NCBI GenBank assembly: GCA_030264375.1
Contig: JASCQW010000112.1
Coordinates: 47,551,803 to 47,615,802 of the forward strand
Direction of reading: 5' to 3'
DNA: 64,000 bases
Origin: Carcharhinus longimanus
Lineage: Eukaryota
This document shows, piece by piece, positions 12,601 through 25,195 of this stretch. The notes below the pieces were generated by a model. It worked only from the letters and a program-made list of their open reading frames with translations. It was not told the DNA's origin and did no database searches. The translations under genes were made by a program, and so were the position numbers. The number at the start of each line of letters is the position of its first letter. Position 1 is the stretch's first letter.

Positions 12601-12850
12601 GGGGTACCGCGGCGCAGTGGATAGTATTTCTTACCCCAAGCCTGACATTTTCTATAATTTTATTGTCAAGTTCTCTTCCCTGAAGATTAAAACGACTGTT
12701 CAAAATGATTGTTTAAATGTTTCTGTAATGTTTAATTGTGGTGTTTTGAAGAATTCTATTATTGTTCCATGTTGATATTGTAAGCTCTGGCTTCAAGTCC
12801 CACTCCAACATTTGATGACCGAGGAAGGTGTGTTTGTAGTGTGGCAAAAT
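12601..12850 (+). mobile_element. tRNA-derived SINE split by a 141-bp insertion
   Basis: A-box-like ggcgcagtgg (12611-20) and B-box-like gcttcaagtccc (~12790) are separated by the insert at 12643-12783. Confidence 0.6.
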
Positions 12851-14504
12851 AGAGTATCAACTTGTAAATCCTTCCGACACACACGAAATGCAGGTGATAA
12901 GAATGGGAGAGATTCCATGTGATGGAAGGAAATTGAAACCTCAACCATTATCATCCATAGTGCAATACTGCAACATGCATGTAAAAGTGTATGTTGCCAC
13001 AGTAACCTAGACTCCTTGGGCTGGTAGGGATCAGATTGGTGGCATTAGCATAGGGTTAATCCTATTCTGGCTGAGGTAGATTTGGCCTACCGGTTGTGGA
13101 AGTTGTGGCGCTGGCGGTCAGATTTCCTTTTAGNNNNTTTTAGGTAGTGAACAGAAGAAGTGGCGTTGGTTGAGAAATAAATGTTGACCAGGAAACTAGA
13201 AGATCTGCTTTGAAGAGTGCAATAGTGGCCGAGCTTCTCTGGCTTTCCGTCAGCATTTTTCTTGGCAGCGGGAGACAGCTCACAGCTCACTGGCAGTGGG
13301 ATTCTCTCGTCCTGCCACTGTCAATGGGAATTCCCATAGAAGCTTCCCTTAGCTGCCAGGAAACCTGTAACAGGAGATGTGGCGAGACCAGGGAATCCTG
13401 CTGACAAGGATAGCCGGGTAATCCTGGCCAGTATCTATTGCATCAATTTGGACAGGAAAACATGATCTCAAAAGATAACAATGATTCTAATTACAATTGC
13501 AATTTATATTGGGAGAATCAGTTTAGTTTCTTAAGGGGATTACAATATCAACATGGAACAATAATAGAATTCTTCAAAACACCAAAATTAAACATTACAG
13601 AAACATTTAAACAATCATTTTGAACAATCATTTTAATCTTCAGGAAAGAGAACTTGACAATAAAATTATAGAAAATATCAACAACTGATTCTTTTAACTG
13701 TTTTCTCTTGTGTGGCTATTTAAGTTCACTTTGTTGCTGGAACCCCAGGACTAATATTTAATCCTGGAATCCTGATGCAATCTCTTTATCATTGACTGAT
13801 TAATGCACTGCAGAGCACAGTCTCCCTGAGCCTCATAAATAAAGGAACAATGAGGTTATCTTATCTCGAGTCTTTTCTTAATGTTATTCCCAGCAATAAT
13901 TTAGTTTCTTTCTTCCCTGCTTGTAACTCCATGCAGTGGATTTAAAAGGAATGACCTTAAATACAGTTCTGTTTGCACTCTACCTCCTAAGCAGCTGCAA
14001 TGGAGAACAAGGCAAATAGTGGATTAACAGTGGTACCTTTTGTAAGACTGACTAGTCTGTAAAATATGCTCATGGGAGACAAAACAAAGCCTGTAATTAG
14101 TACAGAAATATAGGCTTTCAGCATACTGTTTTGACTAATATATATTTCCTCAGCAAACCAACGATAATGAGATATTATTCCTTTGATTGAAAGTTTTGCA
14201 AATACAGTGCTGTGAAATTGATCAGATGCTGGATACAAATTTCCTCAGTCAACAGCAGCTCAGTTCCTGAAAAAAGAGGTTAATAATGGGGTGATTTAGG
14301 TGGCACTGATTAAACTGAGCAATAGTTTTCTTTTAAATTATTCTAAATACGGATAAACTAATGTACTTAAAGTGTCATTCAACTTATTTTCACTGCATTG
14401 CCAGAACAAATCAGTGCCACAACATGAGTCAATAAGGTTCTTTTCATGGGAAGATTTTATCTACACCAAATAATTAATCAGAGGATCAGTGTGCACCATG
14501 ACGG

Positions 14505-15318
14505 AATGGGTCTTTCTCTGGCTAGCAGGATGTGACAAGTGGTGTGCCATAGGGATCAGTGCAACAGCCTCAGCTTTTCACAATTTATAGAATGACTTAG
14601 ATGAAGGGACTAAAGGTCTGGTTGCTAAATTTGCTGATGACACAAAGATAGTTGGAAAGTAAATTGTGAAGAGGAATTAAGAAGGCTACAAAGGAATGTA
14701 GATAGGTTAAATGAGTGGGCAGAGCTCTCAGCAAATGGAGCACAATATGGGCAAATGTGAAATGGTCCATTTTGACAGGAAGAACAAAAAAGAAACTTAT
14801 TATCTAAATGGTGAGTATTGGTTTCCTTGTTTAAGGAAAGATGTAAATGCATTAGAAGCAATTCAGAGAAGGTTTATTAGATTAATACCAGGAATGAGAA
14901 GTTTGCCTTATGAGAAAAGTTTAGATCGTCTAGGCTTGTATCCACTGGAGTTTAGAAGAATAAGAGGTGACTTGATTGAGACCCTTAAGATCCTGAGGGG
15001 TATTGACAGGGTGGATATGGAGAGGATGTTTCCTCTTGTGGAAGAATCATTGCTTAAAAATAAAGAGATGAGAAGATTTTTTTTGTCTCAGAGGGTTGTC
15101 TTTGTAACTGTCTTCCTCAAAAGGCAGCGGAATCAGAGCCTTTGAATGTTTTTAAGGCAAAGCTAGATAGACTCTTGAGTAACAAGGGGTTAAAGATTAC
15201 AGGGTTAGGCAGGAATGTGGGGTTGAGGTTACAATCAGATCAGCCAAGATCTTGATGAATGGTGGAGCAGGCTCGAGGGCTAAGTGGTCTACTCCTGCTC
15301 TTAGTTCACATGTTCATA
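14505..15318 (+). mobile_element. CR1 LINE ORF2 remnant plus 3' tail
   Basis: AKFADDTKI (~14623-14650), ALEAIQRRFIRLIPGMRSLPYEKSLDRLGLYPLEFRRIRGDLIETLKIL, CR1 3' hairpin/tail; deletions and frameshifts. Confidence 0.9.
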
Positions 15319-16142
15319 GGCAGTGCATTTTTTTTTGCCATGTGCTTTTTAAATTGTCGTCCTGTCATGATATCCATTACTGACATTAGTGAGGTACAGT
15401 TGATTATTGCTACCACAGGGGTGTGACCCATGAAGTTTAATTGTGGATCTTATACTGTGCTTCCGAATTAACATTAGATGAATGTTAACAATAAAGTCCT
15501 ATTGTCCTACATGTGTTCTTAATCAGCAGTGTTGGCATATACCAGCGGTATCAGTGCTTCCCTGTGAAACAAGTTAGAAAGTGTTTCAAAATTAATCAGG
15601 CAAAGGAACAAAACTTTGCCAGTACACCAGTAATAATTTTATCTAAAGCTTTATTTTGAAAGCTTCCCTATGCATGACTTAAAAACAATCACACTTTGAT
15701 GGTTACTGAGGGTTGATTTTAACTAGCAGCTTGTTTGTAGCAGGTGGGAGTGTGGGGCTGGTTATAAAAGAGAGCTTGGTGTGTGGTTCAAACCATTGTT
15801 ACCTCCTGACCAACTTATTTGAATTCCAGCCAAAACCATCAGGAGTAAAGTCAAGGCTGGAGGTTAGGAGCCAAAGTGTTTTTAAGGTCTCTTCCTCTTT
15901 ACTGCCCATTTCAACAACATGCAGTATGCACAGTGAACACATCTTCCAATTGTCCCGTGAAGTTTCACTGTGAGTCCTACATACATGATAAAATCTTGAT
16001 TTTCTTTTATTAGTAATTCAGGTATTTCCCTGGGCTATCCAAAGTAAGACCCCCAGTAAATATGGTGGCAGAATAGTAATGAAGCAGGTGAAGTAATGCA
16101 CAATGATTTTAACTCCTTTAATGTCTTGTCACCACCAGCTGG

Positions 16143-16263
16143 AAGTCCCACAACACCAGGTTAAAGTCCTACTAATTTATTTGACAGTAAACCTACAAAC
16201 TTTCGGAAACTCTGTTCCTTCATCAGGTGTGTGGAACTTTCAATGCCGGATCTCCACATCATG
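16143..16263. mobile_element. PLE-derived family A copy, internally deleted; hammerhead core on the minus strand
   Basis: cacaacaccaggttaaagtcc...tttcggaaactctgttccttcatcaggtg; minus strand CUGAUGA-A-GGAA-cagagu-UUCC-GAAA. Ends in atctccacatca, the reverse complement of the PLE terminus at 56308. Confidence 0.7.
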
Positions 16264-17665
16264 ACCACAGCTGGGCCAAGTTACAATTGCTCCTTTGAGC
16301 TCATGGGGACATAGAAAGTAAAACCTCAATATCATCATGTCAACATGAAAGTGTGGTTCACAATCTATTTGTGACATTAATAAAATAATTGTTTATTTGG
16401 CAAGCAAAATTGTTCCCAAAACAAGGGCCCTTAATTTGAAATTGTTCTTAACTTCTGATCAGAATTTTGTCTTTCAGCTACAAACTTGAGGTGAAAACTG
16501 GTAGATAGGGAAGAAATCTTATATACAAACAAATAATAGTTGCCAGTAAAACATCTCAGTTAAACAGAGGCCAGAAAACTTTAAACTTATTGAACATATG
16601 GTTAGCAGAATGTTTATAAGGATTTTGTTATGCGAATATTAACACAGCAATAAAGATAATAGCCTATAACTTATCCAAAACAAGTTAAAGCTCCCAGGAA
16701 TGTGCTGAAGCTATCACCATTAGCAGTTTTAGACTCATGTATGTTATGCTACAATATAGAACAGAGTTCATTACTAAATACAAAGTTTACAAATGAATTC
16801 TTAAAATGTAACTATGTACACATTGGTGAATGATTTTGTACAGTACAGCTTTTGATCTCTGTGCTCTTTTAGGAATGCAGGCTTCAACCATGCATTAGTG
16901 CTACCCATCCAACTGTATGATTTATTTCCATTAGCCACTTTACTAATGGATGACTAATGGGCTGTGGGGTGCAAGAGTGAAAGGTCACATTAGATTTTTC
17001 GAGAATATTACAGCTCAAAATGTACTTCTCACTCATGAATCTGTTTGTGGATGACTTAAATTGAGTGCGATAGGTAAAAGACAAAACATTCCTGAAGCAA
17101 ACAAATCCTTCAGCAGAACTCTTTCCTTTCTGTTTCATAGAGTATGGTACATGATGAAACGTCATTTTATAAACTAACTACATATTAGTAGTTTTTAACC
17201 ATCATTTCTTGCTCAGTATTGAGGTGAAAACCTGTAAAACATCTTCTCTGGCATTAAGTGTTCTGGTGGTAATATTTATATAATAGTTGGTGTTCACTGA
17301 AACATTATAGTTTATATATTTATCCTTCATGTAACAAGAATTCATGAACATTCCTATAGTGTTAACTATTTAAAAAATATCTTTTGTAAAAGTGTCCTTT
17401 TAATAGCTCACTATTTAATTTAGGACAACAACTTGCATTTTTTGAACCTTGGATGCTGTGGTACATACATACCAAACAACATGGGAAAGGAACCATCAGC
17501 TGTTCCTATATAATGACGTATTTCACATTTTACTGAAGGGACTAACATTTTCTGGCAAACTAGTAATTGATACATTGGCCTTTACTGCAAGGGGATTGGA
17601 GTGCAGGAATGAAGAAGTCCTGCTACAATTGTACAGGGTTTTAGTGAGTCCACATCTGCAATATT

Positions 17666-18818
17666 GGGCCTGATTTTCCCGCAACTTTTCTGGAGGATCT
17701 GGTCAGGAGAATTGCATCGTCAGCCTTTTCCCGGGATTTGAGCACGCACTGGGAATGCATGCACATCTCCCAGAGCCAGAGAACAGTCAGAGTCCAAACC
17801 ACACTGGAAACCAGTGGGAGGACTGGAAAGTCATTTGAATCTTTTTAAAATATGTTTTACACGTGATTATTGGGAACTTGCTGGGCCTGACTGAATCTCC
17901 CACCCCACCAGGAGTACTTAATTCTAGCGGGGTTCAGACTTGCTTCCCACATTTGGGGAATGAGTGGGAGACCACATCAGAATGAAGGGGGGGGGGCAAC
18001 CGGGGCCCCCCAGAGTGTCGGGCGGTATGGGGGTGGTGACTCATGGGTATGGGCATCCTGGCAGTGCCAGTCTGTGCTTCCTGCAACTGCCCAAAGGGCA
18101 AAGTGCCCATGCCCAAGGGGCACCTTGGTACTGCCAACCAGGCATNNNNNNNNNNNNNNNNNNNNNNNNNNNNNNNNNNNNNNNNNNNNNNNNNNNNNNN
18201 NNNNNNNNNNNNNNNNNNNNNNNNNNNNNNNNNNNNNNNNNNNNNATGGCTCCCTGCTTGAGATAGGTGGGGGTGGGGGGGTGGGGGGGGGGGGTGGGTG
18301 GAGGGTGGAAAGTGGGTCCGCTGCCACTCTGCCTGTGTTCAGTGGAGGGGAAGAGGGGTCCATTGCCACTCGGCCTGTGATCAGTGAGGGGGGGAAAGGG
18401 GGGGAAAGGGGGGTCCACTGCCACTCTGCTTGAGATTGGTGGAGGGAAGGGGGCAAGGGGCCCGTAATTGGTCTGGGTGGTGGGGCTGTGGAGGGGGGGA
18501 TGGGGATAAGGGGGTCAGTAATGTTGTGGGGGTAGGGCAATGTCTGTGAGTGCCGGGGGAGGCATTACCTGGCCTGGGTGGAATGTGGCAGTGGAACAGC
18601 ATTCTATCATTTCTTTTCTGCACATGTGCAGTTGTTGTCTCTGATTGGAACTGCAGGGTTTTGGACACAATAAGCCCAGCCCACTTGTGCAGCGCAATTG
18701 GGAATCGTTGATACTTTTGCAGGTAGAGGCACCTGAGAATGGGTCTAAAAGTCGGATCTGAAACACTTCCAATTTCAAGTCTGCCCAGCACTTAGAATCA
18801 AAATGGTAAAATAGGGCC
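17666..18818. mobile_element. GC-rich non-autonomous TIR-type element (relatives ~25700-26788, ~47860-48682, ~37985-39110)
   Basis: Imperfect terminal inverted repeats gggcctgattttccc / ggtaaaatagggccc; collinear internal blocks shared with 25755-26172 (gcatctcccaga, ctggaaaccag, ggggcccccca, ggcagtgcca, ctgccaaccaggcat). Confidence 0.6.
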
Positions 18819-19954
18819 CTCAGAATCTAAAGGGGTTGTTCCAACTTGTAAGTAGCCTGCACAGTACTTGCTGTGTTATGTGTGGTCACATGCATCCCCA
18901 GCACCCCCCACCCCTCCATCATATCAAACTGACAGTGTTTAGGTTCATACAAGAAAAATTGCCATGGGATCATCAGAGCTCCAATTCCCAATCTTTACAC
19001 TTGATTGAATACACAATTTGGATAAGCTTTTGGATGGTATAATCACTTGGGATGAAAGGAAGGCATTGAAAAAACTTGTTCAGAAATAAAATTGTTGAAT
19101 CCATGTCATGTTTGTAAATGATCACATTAATGACTGCAGTATCTCTTCGATGTTATCTTTTTGAACACCCTTTAATTTCCCTGATTGATAGCAGTGGTGG
19201 TAGTAGTTGGGCGATTCCAGAAGTGTTCAGCTAATGGCGTAAAAAGCATGAGTAACAATGATAATAACATGACAGTGCAAGGCTGGATTAATAGTTTCAA
19301 TACATATTAAATAGAACTGCTCAAAATAGCAAAATACTGCAATTTTGTTTATAATGTTTGCATTATATTTATGAAGGCTGAGAAGTGCCCAACAACACTG
19401 AACAATACTTACAGAACCTTGCAGTTGATGTTGAAGGTATTCAGACTCCCTGTAACATTATGGGTTGTTCCAATTCTCCAAAATGTTTAAAGTGCCTCCA
19501 AGTTATAAACAGATCAATATTTATTTCTTAAGTGTTCAGCCAATCCCAGAATGTAAGATTCAGTACATATGGGGTATCTATAATGCTGTAGAGGGAAATT
19601 TTCTTCAACCAATTTTAACCCAGCAGTGTGGCCAAAGGGTTAAAACTAGCCTGGCCAGAAGTCACTGTATTTGAGCAATGATCCCTTCTCCAGACATTTT
19701 CACCATAGGATCCTCAGGGCTCTGGAGGGCACCAATATTTTGTTGATAAGTGGGGATCTGATGAGGTGATTTGGATCCTGGCACCAACTTAAAATGTGTG
19801 TGAATCATATCAATCCACCAGGCAAAACGGGCAAGCAGCTTCAAGTCACAAGAGCCCAGGGAAGTGTTAGGGTTTCCTTGTGACTGATAAGAGAGGAGAG
19901 TTTCCCTTGTCCATCAGGGAACGCTTGAACCTCCCAGCCTCTCATCTATTGACT

Positions 19955-20320
19955 CTGTCTATGCTTACCACCGCCTCAGCAAAGCAGTCAACACAATTAA
20001 GGACCTCACACACCCCGGACATTCTCTCTTCCATCTTCTTCCTTCGGGGAAGAGATACAAAAGTCTGAGGTCATGTACCAGCCGACTCAAGAACAGCTTC
20101 TTCCCTGCTGCTGTCAGACTCTTGAATGGACCTACCTCACATTAAGTTGATCTTTCTGCACACCCTAGCTATGACTGTAACATTACATTCTGCACTTTCT
20201 CATTTCCTTCTCTATGAATGGTATATTTTGTCTGTATGGCACGCAAGAAACAATACTTTTCACTGTATGTTAATACATGTGACAATAATAAATCAAATCA
20301 AATAAAATTAAAATCAAATC
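19955..20320 (+). mobile_element. Rex1/Babar-clade LINE 3' end
   Basis: RLSKAVNTIKDLTHPGHSLFHLLPSGKRYKSLRSCTSRLKNSFFPAAVRLLN, then 3'UTR and an (AAATC)n-like tail. Confidence 0.85.
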
Positions 20321-20944
20321 CACAGCTCTAGGCATTCCTTTTTCCTTCTCCAGTGGCAGTCAGCATGGACCCCATGCCCTTCCTCATTGACCTTTCTGTG
20401 GCCTATTACCAGTGAATGCCTGCAACTGGACAAATTACTGCCTTAGTTCTCAGGCCTCTTGGTCACCCTCACCAGCTTCAGTCGAAGTCAGCATCAGGAA
20501 ATGTAACGGAGGCCTGGGAGTTAATGTTTCTGGAGCTTCCCATTCTGGGAGAACAGCACTGCAATTGCTACCTACTATGGAGTTGCAGTGCTGATTCCCA
20601 ACCAAATTTCACATCTGGTCTCTGGTTCCCCTTTTCTTGTTTAGGATTCATATTGATGACAATGAGACTGGACTCATTTAAAAAAGTTAGATGTTGGGGT
20701 GTTGTTTATCCTGAAAAGTTAAAATCAATTCTTCAAATGAACCTTCCTTTTGCTCTGCACTCACAGTTTAAATTATCTGGTTAACGACCTTTAATATTTT
20801 GATGATTTGAATTATGCCCCTCTCAATCTTCCTTACTTGCTTTGAATACATTTTCCAGTGTATTGTTTCAGGTTGTATTATTTATACACCTTGCATTCAT
20901 CCCAATCTTTAAAGTTTAAGGTTTTTAAAGTTTAAAGTTGGTTA

Positions 20945-21222
20945 AAGTTTAATTATTAGTGCCACAAGTAGGCTTACATTAATACTGCAATGAAGTTACT
21001 GTGAAAATCCCCTAGTCGTCACATTCTGGCACCTATTTAGGTACACTGAGGGAGAATTTAGGTCAGTGCACCTAACCAGCATATCTTTTGGACTGTGGAA
21101 GGAAACCAGAGCACCTGAAGGAAATCCATGCAATCGCAGGAAGAACGTGCAAACTCCACATAGACAGGGTCTCTGGCACTGTGAGGCAGGACTACTAACC
21201 ATTTTAACCATTGTGCCACCTC
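20945..21222 (-). mobile_element. HE1-like SINE, alternative tail
   Basis: Reverse complement of the 6695-type consensus. Confidence 0.85.
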
Positions 21223-22184
21223 ATGTGCCACGGTGCCATTCCAATCTGTCATTCAAGGTTAGAACCCCATTTCCAACCCTTATCAAGTTAAAAATTACAC
21301 ACTTACTTTCCTCCAATTTTTCAGGGCAATCATCCAATGGAAGATCCTGCAGAACCCAGCCAGTGGAGAAAACCACTGAGGAGCAACAGAGAGAACCTGC
21401 AGCAAAAGCCACAACATCTTTACAGGGCACCAGATGCTGTATTTTGGTAAATAAAGAGTTTAAATGTCCAAAACCTTCTTTGAGAAGCTCTGGAAAATGG
21501 GTAAGGGAGCACAGTAGGTAACATAAGTGGATAAGGTGGGTAAGGGTAATGGTCTGTAAGGGGATAGGGGTGGTATGTAGGTAAGATGAGTAAAGATAAA
21601 GGTGGGTAAGAGGTAGAGGTAGGGTGGGTAAAGGAGTAAGGAGGGTGAGGGGGTAAGGTAACATGGGCATGAATGTACATTGGTAGGTGGCAGGGTAGTG
21701 AGGTTAGGTCAAGTCAGGGGGAGATCAGAGATCAGGGAGGAAGTTGGGGAGAGTCGGGGTCAGGGAAAGTCAATGCATCAGGAAGAGTCAGGGTATCAGT
21801 GGAAGTTTGTGGGAAGTCAGAGGGGAGTTGTGAATGTCAGTGTGGGTGATTGGGGATCAGTTTTATAGGAATTAGATGAGGATTCATCTAATATTTCTTG
21901 GATATTATCCAGGTCAGTAAGTGGGAATGATATGAAGTCTAACTTAGAGTTGGAAATTTTTTTGAAAGGTCCCGAAGAGAGGGGAATTGCCCACTAAAAG
22001 TTCAAATTTCCTAGGCAATTCCCATTGTGTCACTGTGTTGGGAATTCCAAAGATCCCTTAATGTATCTTGAGGGGTTTGCCTGAGATGGAAGATGTTGGC
22101 CTTTGTTTCCTCACTGTTAAGGTGAAGAGCCCTCTGCACAGGGGTCTTTGCTGGCACCTCCCCCACCAGATGGCAAAAAGGTCT

Positions 22185-22465
22185 GGGCGGCACTGTGGTA
22201 AAGTGGTTAGCACTGCTGCCTCGCAGCATCAAGGACCTGGGTTCGATTCCTGGCTTTGCCTTCCCCTCGTGTCTATGTGGATTTCCTCTGGGTGCTCCTG
22301 TTTCCTTCTGCATTCTGAAAGACGTGCTGGCTAGGTGCATTGACCATGCTAAATTCTCCCTCAGTGTACCTGAACAGGCACCGGAGTGTGGCAACCAGGG
22401 AAATTTCACAGTAACTTCATTACAGTGTTGATGTAAGCCTTACTTGTGACTAATAAATAAGCTTT
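22185..22465 (+). mobile_element. HE1-like SINE, alternative tail
   Basis: gtggttagcactgctgcctcgcagc...ggttcgattcc...cttgtgactaataaataagcttt. Confidence 0.85.
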
Positions 22466-23759
22466 ACAAGTGTGTTCCAGTGGCGTGTGAGGACAAGGAA
22501 GTAGAGGGTGTACATTGTGATAGGACATTAGGGCATTGTTGTGAAGCAGTTTGGGTTGTGGGCCATCAGCCCATGGGGGAATGGGGGGGAATTCGGGGCT
22601 TAGGGCCAATGAGCAGCTCCACCCAAGAAGGGATGTGCTCAGGTGATAGTCTACCACACAGCTGGGCATCCACAAGTCCTTGTGTGTCATCAGGAAAATA
22701 TTTCTATTAAAAATATTACACATTTTAACATCTTGAATAGGAGTTTAGGGTATAAGCAACAGCAAGATTTAAAAACTGTGGATCGTCTGTATACTAGACA
22801 ATCATCTTAATGACTGAAGCCACAGCATCCACATGTAACATGTCTTACTCATGATGGATAACCAATCCAACTCATTAAGGGCCACTTAAGATCAATTATA
22901 GAAGACTGCCTGTGATTTTCCAGTCAGCCTCGAGATTCCCAGAGGCAACCAGGAACAATTTAATTATTGTGAGTTGCCCTCCCAGCGATCGACTGTTGGC
23001 CAGCAAGCCAGGCAGCCATAGAGATCTTCCCTTACTGCCTGAGTTTAGCAGCTGCTACAGGCCTCCCACTGGAAGGGTTCCCAAACCCAGCCACCCAACG
23101 TTAAAAAAGTTGGAGAAAGGGCATGTCCACATTAACATGCACTCTCCCTCAATTAGCTTCTATTGAAGCCTGATGCTGCTTACATGCTGGAAGGCCCCTG
23201 TTTGGCCCGCTTTGACCGCCTGCCCACCATCTTTAAGTAGGTAGCGAGTGTCTCAACCATTAGTTGGCTGTTCCAGGGAAAATTGCATCGAGCTACTGCT
23301 TCCCATCCCATACGAGTTTCTGAACTCGTTTAAGATGGATGGTAAGGTTCAGAAATTCACAGGGAAAATCCTGCCCAAAAGGTGGTTCAAATCTGGAACT
23401 CTCTCTCCCAAAATGTTGTTAAGGTTTGGTCAATTAAAAATTTCAAAAGTGTTGCTGGTCGATTTTTGTAAGGCAAGTGCATTAATAGTTTCAGGGCAGC
23501 TGGAATTAGAATAGTGTTCAGCTATGTTCTAATTGAATGGCAGAGCAAGCTGTTCTTATTCTCCTAAGGGATCAGTCATAATCTCATTGAATGGTGGAGC
23601 AGACTCAATGGGCTGAATGGCTAAATCCTGCTCCTTTGTATAATGGTCCTATGAGATTCATCGCAGTGATTGAATCTGTAACAACCCTCCCCTATTCCCT
23701 TGGCCAAAAGTAGACATTCTGATAAACTTTGCTTCTTCTTCTTAAGCTGTTCCTGAGAC

Positions 23760-24655
23760 TCAAAGAACAAAGAACAAAAATAAATTACAGCACAGGAACA
23801 GGTCCTTGGGCCCTCAAAGCCTGTGCCAATCATAATGCCTGACTAAACTAAAACCATATGCACGTACGGAGTCTGTATCCTTCCATTCCCATCCTGTTCA
23901 GGTATTCATCTAATTGCCCCTTAAATGCCATTATCGTACCTGCTCCCGCCACATCTCCAGGCAACGCATTCCAGGCATTCACCACCCTCTGTGTAAAAAA
24001 CTTGCCTTGCACATCTCCTCTAAACTTTTCCCCCCACACCTTAAACCTTTGTCCCCTAGTACTTGACTTTTCTACTCTAGGAAAGAGCATCTGACTATCT
24101 ACTTTGTCCAAGCCATTCATAATCTAGTAAACTTCTATCAGGTCACCTCTAAGAGTTTATCCAACCTCTCCTCCTTGCTAATATCCTCCAGACCAGGCAA
24201 CATTCTGGTAAATATCTTCTGTATCCTCTCCAAAGCCTCCATACCCTTCTGGTAGACCAGAATTCTGGCAACTTGGGTCACTGTCTGTGTGGAGTCTGCA
24301 CATTCTCCCTGTGTCAGCGTGGGTTTCCTCTGGGTGTTCCAGTTTTCTTCCACAGTCCAAAGATATGTGGGTTAGATTGATTGGCCGTGCTAAATTGCCC
24401 CTAAGCGAGGGGGCCAAGCTAGTGTAAAGGCATGGGATTATGGGGATGGAGCCTGGGTGGGATTGTTGTTAGTGCGGACTTGGTGGGCTAAATGGCTTCC
24501 TTCTGCACTGTAGGAATTCTATAAAAAACTCGATCATGTTAGTGAGGCACGGCCTCCTCTTCACAACACCATGCTGCCTTCCACTAATAATTGCATTTGT
24601 TTCCAAATGTGAGTAAATCCTGTCCCTAAGAATCTTTTCCAATAATTTCCAATAA
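23760..24655 (-). mobile_element. CR1 LINE fragment (with nested HE1)
   Basis: KLLEKILRDRIYSHLE..RQHGVVKRRPCLTNMIEFF; ALERIQKIFTRMLPGLE; GDVQGKFFTQRVVNAWNALP. Confidence 0.88.
24270..24522 (+). mobile_element. 5'-truncated HE1 SINE nested in a CR1 fragment
   Basis: cttgggtcactgtctgtgtggagtctgcacattctccc...ctgcactgtaggaattcta, with minus-strand CR1 sequence on both sides. Confidence 0.85.
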
Positions 24656-24934
24656 AGTCGAAGGTGACTTGCATCCACACTAAAAATGAGTTCTCAAGTG
24701 ACTCAGAAGTCTAATGTGCAACTACATTGGCAACACAGGTGGATAACAAACCGTGTACAAACAACCTCTTGTATTTAATGATTGTTTGCCAAGATGCTTC
24801 AAATAAAATTTAAAAGTTAATTTATTTTGTAGGAATCATCTGGCTACCTTAATGGTTTCTTTGTTCTGCTGGATATGGATGAAATCACAAATGGATAGAT
24901 AAGGAAATTGCGGAAATTACTGAAATCACAGGTG

Positions 24935-25195
24935 AGGCAGCGGGTGGTTGGAACAGTGGGTGGGAGGGGTGCCCGGGTTGCCACGTGTTCGATGCTTGGC
25001 TTCAGCGTGTTCTTGGTGATGAAACTCAAGGTGTTCAGTTCATTGCCAGATGCTTTTCCTCCTCTTTGGATGGTCTTGGGTCAGGGATATCCGTAGGAAT
25101 TTTTCGTTTTTTCAAGGAGACTTTGAGAGTGTCCTTGAAGCATTTCCTCTATTCTCTTTGGGGCTCACTTACATGTCAAAGCTCAGAATAGACTG
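24935..25195 (-). mobile_element. RTE-clade LINE C-terminal fragment
   Basis: The minus strand reads RKCFKDTLKVSLKKRKIPTD, similar to the RTE 'KRFKDTLK.SLK' motif. Confidence 0.65.
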
